NCBI RefSeq assembly: GCF_046267985.1 | Contig: NZ_CP176530.1 | Location: 478,881 to 502,880, forward strand | From: Pseudobdellovibrio sp. HCB154 | GTDB lineage: Bacteria; Bdellovibrionota; Bdellovibrionia; Bdellovibrionales; Bdellovibrionaceae | DNA: 24,000 nt | Direction: 5' to 3' | Shown: piece after piece, positions 14,804-22,941 of the stretch | Position numbering within the stretch: the stretch's first letter is position 1 | How the letters are laid out: every line of letters starts with the position of its first letter | Translations under genes and position numbers: made by a program | Notes under the pieces: generated by a model | Told to the model about the DNA's origin: nothing | Databases searched by the model: none | What the model saw: the letters and a program-made list of their open reading frames with translations, nothing else

Positions 14804-16036
14804 CTACTTTACTTTTTGCCTTTCGCCAAACAAAACCGTGCCGATTCGAATCCATGTCGCACCTTCTTTCAAGGCGACTTCGTAATCGTGGCTGGTTCCC
14901 ATCGAGAGCTCTTTGACTTGTAAGCGATCGGCCAAAGTTTTTAATTTTTTAAAATGAACTTGATTGTCTAAAGCCTGATTTTGCAGGGGAGGCATGGTCA
15001 TAAGCCCCACAATTTTTATATGAGCCAATTGAGTCAATTTATCCCAAGCGGCGAGAACGCTGGATTCGTCGAAACCCGCCTTGGTAGCTTCGTTCGCAAG
15101 ATTTACTTGAATAAAAACTTTTTGCACATGCCCGATTTCAGACGCTTTTTTTGAAACTAATTCGGCCAGTTCCAAAGAATCAATGGCGTGCAAATAAGCA
15201 AAGTTGTTTTTTAAATACTTTACTTTGTTTTTTTGAATCGGGCCGATCAGATGCCATTCTAAATTTAAATCTTTTAAGGCCTCGATTTTTTCTAAAGCCT
15301 CTTGAATATAGTTTTCACCAAAAGCCTTTTGGCCTTGTGAAACCAGTTCACGGATTTTTTCCAACGGTTGTAGTTTACTCACCGCTAGTAAATGTTGGTC
15401 AGCATTCAGTTTAGCTTTAATTTGTGAAAGGGCTGATTTTTCAAATGACCAATTCTTAGAGGTAAAGATTTTTTCTAATGCCGAAAGTGGAAGTCCAACG
15501 ACATTGTTGTAATCACCAACAAACTTTTCCACAAATTTTCCACCAAGACCTTGAATGGCGTAAGAGCCGGCTTTATCCATCGGTTCACCGGTTTTGATGT
15601 AATCCCAGATGTCTTCATCACGCAGGTTTTTGAAAAAAACTTGTGATGTCTCGATATGAGACGTGACTTCAGGTCCAGATTGACCAGCCCCTTGGTCCAG
15701 CAGGATGATCGCGGTTTTTACTTCGTGCATTTTGCCTGAAAGTTTCTTCAAAGTATCAAATGCATCCTGTTCGTTTTCAGGTTTGCCGATCGCTGAATTT
15801 TCTAAACAAACCATGGTGTCCGAAGCCAAAATAATATTGCTCGGATTTTTATCAGGACATAGGTCTAGGCAGGCCAGGGCTTTTCGTTTCGCAATGTCGA
15901 TTATCTGCTCGTCTAAGCTTAGGTTTTCATTCGGAATTTCCGATATGAAGACTGGGAATGAGACAAAATAATAACCGGCTTTTTTCAGAATTTCTGCGCG
16001 CCGCGGAGATTGCGAAGCTAGGACAATTTTTTTCAT
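14804..16036 (-). CDS. Maf-like nucleotide pyrophosphatase fused to a YggS/PLPBP-type pyridoxal-phosphate homeostasis protein
   Basis: N-terminus MKKIVLASQSPRRAEILKKAG...ILASDTMVCL...GKPENEQDAFDTLKKLSGK...SYAIQGLGGKFVEKFVGDYNNVVGLPLSALEKI (Maf). C-terminus LLAVSKLQPLEKIRELVSQGQKAFGENYIQEALEKIEAL...EWHLIGPIQKNKVKYL...GLMTMPP...LSMGTSHDYEVALKEGATWIRIGTVLFGER (YggS). Confidence 0.92.
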   Translation of the reverse strand: MKKIVLASQSPRRAEILKKAGYYFVSFPVFISEIPNENLSLDEQIIDIAKRKALACLDLCPDKNPSNIILASDTMVCLENSAIGKPENEQDAFDTLKKLSGKMHEVKTAIILLDQGAGQSGPEVTSHIETSQVFFKNLRDEDIWDYIKTGEPMDKAGSYAIQGLGGKFVEKFVGDYNNVVGLPLSALEKIFTSKNWSFEKSALSQIKAKLNADQHLLAVSKLQPLEKIRELVSQGQKAFGENYIQEALEKIEALKDLNLEWHLIGPIQKNKVKYLKNNFAYLHAIDSLELAELVSKKASEIGHVQKVFIQVNLANEATKAGFDESSVLAAWDKLTQLAHIKIVGLMTMPPLQNQALDNQVHFKKLKTLADRLQVKELSMGTSHDYEVALKEGATWIRIGTVLFGERQKVK

Positions 16037-16067
16037 TCAACCAAATTTATAAACCAAAAGAGGATCT

Positions 16068-16976
16068 ATGGGTAGTGCTGAACTCATGTTATTTACTGGT
16101 CTCATCCTAGCGGGTGTGGCGGTTTATCTTTTCATGACTTCCATTTTGGCGGGGAAGCCCGGCGAAGCGCAATTGCAATGGGCCAGCGGTACTGAACCGA
16201 TTAAATCTAAAAATGGAATCATCAATCTTTGCCGTCCGATGGTGCATCAGTTTACTCTGCAGCACGCAGCAAAATTTAAATCTGAGGCTTATCGTAAAAA
16301 AATCCGTCACTTGATCAAAACTGGCGGCATGACATCTGAGATGAACGAAGATGAATTTATCGGTTACCAAATTTTCTTAGGTATCGCTTTTCCGATTTTT
16401 TTAATCATCATGAACTTTTCGTTAGACTTAGGATTTTCTCCGATGATCTTGGCGATGTTAGGCGTTGTGGGTTGGTTCATGCCACAGATGCACTGTAAGG
16501 CGCAGAAGAACGTAAGAACATTAAGCGTTCAGCAAGACATGCCATTTTTTATCGACCTACTTGCGCTTTCAGTTGAAGCGGGTCTTGATTTCTTCGGCGC
16601 GATTCAAAAAATCGTAGATAAAGTGGCTGACGAAAATTCAGTTTTAGCTGAAGAATTTAAAACAGTTTTAAAAGATATCAAAATTGGTTCATCAAAAACA
16701 GATGCGTTAAAAGAAATGGCCGCTCGCTTAGACATGCCAGAGATCACATCTTTCGTAGCCGTGTTAATTGATGCCGAAGCAACAGGCGCTTCAATTTCGC
16801 AAGTGTTAAAAGACCAATCGGTGCAAATGCGTTTAGAGCGCTTTGTTCGTGCGGAAAAAGCCGGAGCGCGTGCTTCGCAATTAATTTTACTTCCATTAAT
16901 GGGATTTATTTTACCAGCCGTATTCATCATGGTTTTCGGACCAGTGATTTTAGGCTTTGTGTACGGAAAGAATTAA
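16068..16976 (+). CDS. TadC/TadB-like type II/IV secretion inner-membrane protein (GspF domain)
   Basis: DLLALSVEAGLDFFGAIQKIVDKV...LAEEFKTVLKDIKIGSSKTDALKEMAARLDMPEITSFVAVLIDAEATGASISQVLKDQSVQMRLERFVRAEKAGARASQLILLPL, with TM segments at the N-terminus, middle and C-terminus. Confidence 0.88.
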   Translation: MGSAELMLFTGLILAGVAVYLFMTSILAGKPGEAQLQWASGTEPIKSKNGIINLCRPMVHQFTLQHAAKFKSEAYRKKIRHLIKTGGMTSEMNEDEFIGYQIFLGIAFPIFLIIMNFSLDLGFSPMILAMLGVVGWFMPQMHCKAQKNVRTLSVQQDMPFFIDLLALSVEAGLDFFGAIQKIVDKVADENSVLAEEFKTVLKDIKIGSSKTDALKEMAARLDMPEITSFVAVLIDAEATGASISQVLKDQSVQMRLERFVRAEKAGARASQLILLPLMGFILPAVFIMVFGPVILGFVYGKN

Positions 16977-16979
16977 AAG

Positions 16980-17336
16980 ATGGCAAAACTTTACAAGATT
17001 CAACATGGGGATAAAGCCGAGCTTCTGATTGAAAATCTGGAGTTGGCGGAATCATTTTTTGCCCGTGGTAAAGGGTTGTTAGGCCGAAAATCTTTAAGCC
17101 CGAATGCGGCGTTATGGATTAAGCCTTGTAACAACATTCACACCTTTTTTATGAATTTTGCGATCGATTGCATTTTTGTGAATAAAAAAATGGAAATTGA
17201 AAAAATAGTATCCGTTGTAAAACCCTATAAGATCATTGGGCCTTTTTGGAAAGCATCATCAGTCGTAGAAACAGCAGCTGGCAATGCAGAAAAGTGGAAC
17301 CTTCAGGTAGGAGATCAGTTATATGTGGTCAGTTAG
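16980..17336 (+). CDS. DUF192 family protein
   Basis: FARGKGLLGRKSLSPNAALWIKPCNNIHTFFMNFAIDCIFVNKKMEIEKIVSVVKPYKI...SSVVETAAGNAEKWNLQVGDQL matches the DUF192 pattern. Confidence 0.88.
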   Translation: MAKLYKIQHGDKAELLIENLELAESFFARGKGLLGRKSLSPNAALWIKPCNNIHTFFMNFAIDCIFVNKKMEIEKIVSVVKPYKIIGPFWKASSVVETAAGNAEKWNLQVGDQLYVVS

Positions 17337-18990
17337 AGTATTATCCGGCCCACAAACCGGACAGATCTTTGATTTAAAGATGGGAAAAAACCTGTTAGGT
17401 CGGGGAATGAGCTGTGATTTTAAAATCACTTCAGGCGGTATTTCGAAAGAGCACTGCGAGATTCACGTATATAAAGATAAAGTGATCGTGGTTGATTTAA
17501 AATCAAGTAACGGAACATTCGTTAATGGCGTAAAAATTCAGAATTCAATTATTAAGTTAGGCGATAAAGTCAGTGTGTTCGACGTAATTATGGATGTAAT
17601 TCCTTCACCGGATATTCGTCCAAAACCATCAGCACCGGCTCCACGCCCGTTAGTGCCGCGCCCACGTCCGCCGGCACAACCAAGACAAATGCCTCCGCAA
17701 ATGTACCAGCAACCCCCAGCATTTCCGACGCAAGGTGGAGCGGCGATGCAAATGCAATATCAGCAGCAAATGCCACCGATGCAAGGTGTGCCGCCACAAA
17801 ATAATTTTGGTGCAGCCGTTGAGCCGCAAAAAACATTGGGTGAGCGCATTGATGACTACATGGAAAATGTAGTGATGCCGGTATTTTATAAAATGTCGGT
17901 GGTGTTTCCATTTAAACAAGTGTTAATGGGCATGATGATTCTCTTTGTGGTGTTTGTCACAATGGCGTCGATTTTTCCTCTGACAACTATTTTAAAAGAA
18001 TCAAATTTTAATGAAGCTTCAAAACGTGCTAAATCTGTGGCGCGTGCCATGGCTCGTATCAATGAGCAGGCACTTCTGTCTGGACAGCTAAATAATCTAA
18101 ATGTCAGTGAAGCTTTAAAAGAAGATGGTATTAAAGAAGCAATCATTATCCAACAAGCTGACGGGGCGATCGTTGCGCCGACAGAAAAAGTGGGTCGTGA
18201 TATGTCTAAGGGCTTTGTGATTCAGGCGCGTAAAGAACCACGTGCCATGGCTGCGCAAGTTGATGATAACACAATTGGCGCAAGTCATCCGATTGCAGCG
18301 TACGATCCATTATCTGGTGAAACAGCCGTTAAATACGTAGCTATCGTATTCTATGATGTCAGTTCATTAAATGTAGATGATGGCCGCGTGGTGAGTTTAT
18401 TCATGCAGACATTAGTTATTTCAGCTCTATTTGGTATTGTTTTATATCTATTATTTGCACGTCTTATCGAATATCCACTGCGTGCTTTGAATAAACAGAT
18501 TGATACGGCCTTACGTGAAAAAACAGATCGCACTGAAGTGGCGTTTGATTATCCAGAGTTACAAAAATCTGTAGCGAATGTGAATTTACTTTTAAACCGT
18601 TTATGGAATGGTTTAAGCGATTCTGAAAACATGAAACCTACGCAAAATCGCGATGTGGAATTTTCACAAATGGTGAATATGATCACGCAACCTGCGGCGG
18701 TGATTAATGTGAGTGGCTCGGTGGTTTCATGCAATCACCAATTTGCAACATTAGTGCAAACATCGCCAGAAGCGTTAGTTTCGCAAAACTACAACACGAT
18801 TGTAGACCCGGCGATGGTGCAAAACATTGAAAGTTTAATTACGCGTGCAAAAGAATCTGTTTATGAAACGCATAGAGATAAAATTCCGTTCTCACAATTT
18901 GAGTGCGAAATTAATTTACAAGCGTTTTTAGACAGTGCCGGTGCACCAGAGTATTTCTTTGTAAGTTTATCTAAGGTGAATCAGGAGTAA
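17323..18990 (+). CDS. FHA domain transmembrane protein with a HAMP/PAS-like C-terminus
   Basis: N-terminal FHA (LLGRGMSCDFKITSGGISKEHCEIHV...DLKSSNGTFVNGVKI), P/Q-rich linker, TM (VLMGMMILFVVFVTMASIFPL), ~120-residue extracytoplasmic-like region, TM (LFMQTLVISALFGIVLYLLFARLI), HAMP-like linker, PAS-like QPAAVINVSGSVVSCNHQFATLVQTSPEALVSQNYNTI. Confidence 0.87.
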   Translation: MWSVRVLSGPQTGQIFDLKMGKNLLGRGMSCDFKITSGGISKEHCEIHVYKDKVIVVDLKSSNGTFVNGVKIQNSIIKLGDKVSVFDVIMDVIPSPDIRPKPSAPAPRPLVPRPRPPAQPRQMPPQMYQQPPAFPTQGGAAMQMQYQQQMPPMQGVPPQNNFGAAVEPQKTLGERIDDYMENVVMPVFYKMSVVFPFKQVLMGMMILFVVFVTMASIFPLTTILKESNFNEASKRAKSVARAMARINEQALLSGQLNNLNVSEALKEDGIKEAIIIQQADGAIVAPTEKVGRDMSKGFVIQARKEPRAMAAQVDDNTIGASHPIAAYDPLSGETAVKYVAIVFYDVSSLNVDDGRVVSLFMQTLVISALFGIVLYLLFARLIEYPLRALNKQIDTALREKTDRTEVAFDYPELQKSVANVNLLLNRLWNGLSDSENMKPTQNRDVEFSQMVNMITQPAAVINVSGSVVSCNHQFATLVQTSPEALVSQNYNTIVDPAMVQNIESLITRAKESVYETHRDKIPFSQFECEINLQAFLDSAGAPEYFFVSLSKVNQE

Positions 18991-18999
18991 GGCTAAGTA

Positions 19000-20259
19000 A
19001 TGTCAACGGCTGAAAAGCTACAACCCGCAGTTCAGATTAAATTGAAAGTGCTGAAAGGACCGCACGAAGGGCAGTCTTTTCATCTTTCAAAGAGCTCATT
19101 TACTGTGGGTCGTGGCCCAGAGAATGAGGTCGTTTTAATTAATGACCCGCAGATCAGCCGTCAGCATGCGCGTTTACAAGTGGTTGGCCAAGATATCGAG
19201 ATCATCAACTTATCTAAGAAAAATAAAGTGATGGTGGGATCAGAAGAAATCCAAAAATGGAAACTGATCAACGATTCAACTTTCATGTTGGGTGATACCG
19301 AAATTCAAATCGCCTTTGAAATTGAAAAATTAACACCGATGACGCCAGGTCCGCAATTAGTGCGCACGGATTTACCGGCTGTGCCCGTGGGGTTAGATCT
19401 GAATCCTCCGCCAGCTCCAGCGGCAACACCGCAAGCGAAAAAAACGCCAGCGATGACTCCGCTGCAACCGCAAGCGCCACGCAAGCGACCGATGCCGCCT
19501 CCGGCAAATCGCCAGCAAGTTCCTGCAAATCGTCAGGGGCAAGTGCAAGCACGCGGTCCGATGCAACCAGGCAGACCAGGCCCGCAAGGGCAGATGATGC
19601 CGCGACCAAATCAGCAAATGGGTCCGCAGTTTATTCCAGAAATGGGAATGGGAGCACCACGCCCAGCTACGAATTCTCAAGCAAATAGTGGTGGTGGATT
19701 ACTGGCTAATCCGAAAGCGCGTTTTTATTTAATTGTTGGAGCGATAGTCTTAGGTCTAGTTTATTGGTTAAATATGGAAGAGCCGAAGAAGCCTCAGTCG
19801 AATGAAATTAAATCGACTCTGAAATACGAAGATGAATATCTTCTTAAGCAAAACTCGGTGGCTGAAAAAGAACTGGACCAAAAGCGTAAGGCAAAACTTG
19901 AACAAAAGATGTCGCCGACAAATTTACGTGTTGAAGAGAACTTTCAAAAAGGCATGCGCGATTATCAGCTAGGTAATTACACGCGTGCCCTAGACTTTTT
20001 TCAGGTGGTGTTAAACTTAGATGCCAGCCATGTGATGGCTCGCCGTCATTTATACTTAGCTAAAATCCGCTTCGATGAGATCGTAAAAGCGAAATTAGCA
20101 CTTGGAGAAAGTTATTATCAGAAGCATAATTTTAAAATGTGCAAGGCGATGTACCAGCAAGTTTTGATTATGCTTCAGGGAAAAAACAACGATCAAAGTT
20201 ATCAAACAGCCCAAAGCATGTCAGAAAAATGTGGTCTGGCCGCTGAGGGAATTCGTTAG
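19000..20259 (+). CDS. FHA domain protein with a TM segment and TPR-like C-terminus
   Basis: FTVGRGPENEVVLINDPQISRQHARLQV, low-complexity P/Q/R linker, TM FYLIVGAIVLGLVYWLN, TPR-like NFQKGMRDYQLGNYTRALDFFQVVLNLDASHVMARRHL. Confidence 0.87.
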   Translation: MSTAEKLQPAVQIKLKVLKGPHEGQSFHLSKSSFTVGRGPENEVVLINDPQISRQHARLQVVGQDIEIINLSKKNKVMVGSEEIQKWKLINDSTFMLGDTEIQIAFEIEKLTPMTPGPQLVRTDLPAVPVGLDLNPPPAPAATPQAKKTPAMTPLQPQAPRKRPMPPPANRQQVPANRQGQVQARGPMQPGRPGPQGQMMPRPNQQMGPQFIPEMGMGAPRPATNSQANSGGGLLANPKARFYLIVGAIVLGLVYWLNMEEPKKPQSNEIKSTLKYEDEYLLKQNSVAEKELDQKRKAKLEQKMSPTNLRVEENFQKGMRDYQLGNYTRALDFFQVVLNLDASHVMARRHLYLAKIRFDEIVKAKLALGESYYQKHNFKMCKAMYQQVLIMLQGKNNDQSYQTAQSMSEKCGLAAEGIR

Positions 20260-22341
20260 ATGTCGAGATTAAAAGTATTACTAAGGGGAGCACAGATCAG
20301 TGACTTAAACCTTAGCCCTGACCGTGAATATGTCGGTGGGCGTAAGGAAAGTTGCGATATCCGTTTGCAACCTGAAAAAGGCATCTCGCGCGAACATTTC
20401 AAATTAAAATTTGAAGAAGGCCGTTGGGTTTTAACCTCGTTATCACGTTTCGGCGAAATTTTTTCTGTGGGCCAAAGAGTTGAATCAACGCCTCTTGAAC
20501 ATGGCCAGGTTTTTCAAATTCCACCGTATGAATTTATTTTAAGTGATGTTCCTGATTCGGCCAGCGATTCGGTGAACGCCAGCGAAATGCCTGAGGCCGG
20601 TGAGAATGAACGCACGGTTATCGGTGTTGCTCAACAAGTGCCGTACATCAAAATGATGTCGTCTGACGGGCAAGTGCGCGAAATGCTTCGTCTGGAAGTG
20701 GGCGATGTGTGGGCCGCGGGCCGCGATCCTTCGTGCCAAATTATTATTCCTGATCAACGTGTTTCGCGTCGTCAGTTTGAAGTTAGAAAAATTAACGGCA
20801 TTTACACGATTATCGACTTAACAAGTGTGAACGGAACTTTCTTAAACGGTTCACCAATTTCAAGCACTGATCCACAGCCGTTAAAATCAGGTGATGCGAT
20901 CACGGTTCTTGATAATACAATGTATTTCGAACTTCATGACCCGAACTTTCAATACCGTATGGAACGTATCGAAGTTCCTCCAATGCAAATGGGTGGAGCG
21001 GGCGTTGATGACGTGGTTGAAGAAGTTCCGCTTGAAGAAGTGCCTTACGAAGAAGAATATGATCCGAACCAGGATATGAATTATCCGCAGGAAATTGATC
21101 AAGGTTATTATCAAGATCAATTAAATCCGGATGGTTCACCGTTTACCGGTATGCCGCCAGGCCAAATGCAGGGTGACTACTACACTATGCAAGGGGCCGA
21201 GGGTGTCGCACCTGAACAACAAGGTCCACCACCAAGCCCGATCAAACAGGCTTGGACTCGTTTTAAAAATAACAAGCCGGTATTTTATTCGGTTGTCGCT
21301 TTATTTTTAGTGGGTATGTATTTCTTAAGCGAAATGCTGAATGAACCTACTCCACAAAAAGCAACGCAACAGCAAGCATTTAATCCGGACGATCCCTTAT
21401 CACGTTTAAAACCTGAAGAGCGTGAAAATATCAGTCTCTGGTATAACAATGCCGAAAAAGCTTTACGTCAGCAGGCCTTCACGATTGCTAAAGAAAATTT
21501 AGATAATATTCATAAACTTTTACCTTTAGGTTATAAAGATTCAAAACTTTACGAAGCTGAAGCCTTAAACGGTGAGCAAACTCTTTTAACACAACAAGAA
21601 ACTGAACGTCGTGATAAAGAGCAAGCTGAATTACAGGCTTTAATCAAATCCACTTTGGAAAAGTGTGAAAAATCAATCGTGCCAGAAACAACACCTGAAG
21701 GTTTACAAGAGTGTTTGGCGCCAGTGACAATCAACGACCCGACAAATGCTGACGCCGAAAGAATGATTAGCAAAGTTCGCCAAACGATTGCCGACCGTCA
21801 AGCTAAAGAAGATGCTGAACGTGTGGCTAAACAGCAGCGCGAAGATATGAAAGCTATTTTTGAACGTGCTGAAGAAGTTCATAAAACCGGTTTTCCGAAA
21901 AAAGCGATTAAAGCTTATAACGAAGTTTTAGCCAGCGATTTACCAGATCCAGATGGTTACAAAGATATTTCAAAACAACGTATTAAGTTTATCGAGAAAA
22001 AATTAGCAGAACGTAATCAAAACAACATCAGCAATGCCGAAACTTTCCTTAAAGACGGAAAACTTAAAGAAGGCATTATGGCCTTACGTGCAGCGCTGTT
22101 ATTTGATCCAGATAACCAAACGATCAAAGATAAAATTGAGCGTTATTCAAATGATTTAAGAAACCAGGTTAAGGTGATGTACCAAGAATCCATCATCGAT
22201 GAAAACTTTGGTTACGTAGACGGGTCTGATAATAGACCGGGCGCTAAAGACAAATGGAAAAAAATTATTGAAATCGACCTTGAAGATGGTGATTACTACC
22301 GTAAGGCCTTCATTAAACTTAGACGCTACGGAGTTTTCTAG
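20260..22341 (+). CDS. Tandem-FHA protein with a TM segment and TPR-like C-terminus
   Basis: Two FHA modules (VGGRKESCDIRLQPEKGISREHFKLKF; AAGRDPSCQIIIPDQRVSRRQFEVRK...DLTSVNGTFLNGS), acidic/Tyr/Pro linker, TM FYSVVALFLVGMYFLSEML, helical repeats. The ATG immediately follows the upstream TAG. Confidence 0.87.
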   Translation: MSRLKVLLRGAQISDLNLSPDREYVGGRKESCDIRLQPEKGISREHFKLKFEEGRWVLTSLSRFGEIFSVGQRVESTPLEHGQVFQIPPYEFILSDVPDSASDSVNASEMPEAGENERTVIGVAQQVPYIKMMSSDGQVREMLRLEVGDVWAAGRDPSCQIIIPDQRVSRRQFEVRKINGIYTIIDLTSVNGTFLNGSPISSTDPQPLKSGDAITVLDNTMYFELHDPNFQYRMERIEVPPMQMGGAGVDDVVEEVPLEEVPYEEEYDPNQDMNYPQEIDQGYYQDQLNPDGSPFTGMPPGQMQGDYYTMQGAEGVAPEQQGPPPSPIKQAWTRFKNNKPVFYSVVALFLVGMYFLSEMLNEPTPQKATQQQAFNPDDPLSRLKPEERENISLWYNNAEKALRQQAFTIAKENLDNIHKLLPLGYKDSKLYEAEALNGEQTLLTQQETERRDKEQAELQALIKSTLEKCEKSIVPETTPEGLQECLAPVTINDPTNADAERMISKVRQTIADRQAKEDAERVAKQQREDMKAIFERAEEVHKTGFPKKAIKAYNEVLASDLPDPDGYKDISKQRIKFIEKKLAERNQNNISNAETFLKDGKLKEGIMALRAALLFDPDNQTIKDKIERYSNDLRNQVKVMYQESIIDENFGYVDGSDNRPGAKDKWKKIIEIDLEDGDYYRKAFIKLRRYGVF

Positions 22342-22343
22342 TC

Positions 22344-22922
22344 ATGAAATCAAAAGTCAGTTCACACAATGGCCAGCAGAAATTTCCACAAACACATGTG
22401 CATAGTCTGTTAAATGATAATTTATTAGTGTGCATTCGTTTATGGAGCGGCCCTGAAGTAGAACAAAAAGCAGTTGATGAAATTCTACGTTACCTTTCAG
22501 CGGCTGATGCGGATCTGGAAGTTACAACGCCGTTTGATTATATCGAAAGTTTATCGTCGCTTGCAAATAAAGTGCGCGTCGCTTTATTACTGGCCAATGA
22601 AGCTTTATACATTGATAACAAAGAAAAATATTCGCAAGGTTTTGAAATTGCAATTTGTTATAAACACAATAAAGAAATCAGCTTAGGTTCGGTGGGGCGC
22701 TTTGCTTTTACAGCAGAAAAGAAAGACAAAAAGTTTTTAATGTTTGAATCAGGTGGCTTTTTAGATGATTTAGTGCTGCTTCCGACAGATCTTTTAGGCA
22801 TTGAACGTGAAGTTGATATTAAGTGCACGTCTGTTTCAACGCGCGATTTATCTTCAATTCAGATTAGTTCTAAGTTTGACCAAAATACATATTGGTCAAC
22901 AACTGTTAGTCAGTTTGACTAG
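22344..22922 (+). CDS. Hypothetical protein; possible degenerate PP2C-like (pseudo)phosphatase
   Basis: 192-aa ORF, 2 nt after the upstream stop. LANEALYIDNKEKYSQGFEIAICYKHNKEISLGSVGRFAF and LPTDLLGIEREVD resemble PP2C core spacing, but the metal-binding Asp motifs are absent. Confidence 0.7.
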   Translation: MKSKVSSHNGQQKFPQTHVHSLLNDNLLVCIRLWSGPEVEQKAVDEILRYLSAADADLEVTTPFDYIESLSSLANKVRVALLLANEALYIDNKEKYSQGFEIAICYKHNKEISLGSVGRFAFTAEKKDKKFLMFESGGFLDDLVLLPTDLLGIEREVDIKCTSVSTRDLSSIQISSKFDQNTYWSTTVSQFD

Positions 22923-22941
22923 TAGGCCTTTTAAAAGAAAA

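Noticed and set aside
14088-15971. Plus-strand ORFs opposite proC and maf-yggS (14088..14291, 14343..14624, 15151..15414, 15705..15971)
   Set aside because: Fully contained antisense to well supported enzymes, no recognisable domains.
17600-17860. Possible repeat array or CRISPR in the repetitive-looking CCGCCACAACCA/CAGCAGCAAATG segment
   Set aside because: In-frame P/Q/M-rich linker of an FHA protein; no fixed-length repeat-spacer periodicity.
19420-19630. Second low-complexity stretch considered as a tandem repeat/mobile remnant
   Set aside because: Codes for a P/Q/R/G-rich linker between FHA and TM segments; no regular unit.
17588-21773. Minus-strand and alternative-frame ORFs over the FHA genes (e.g. 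17588..17911, 17650..17919, 19283..19609, 19393..19680, 20887..21139, 20891..21079)
   Set aside because: Caused by low-complexity P/Q-rich linkers that keep other frames open; no supporting signals.
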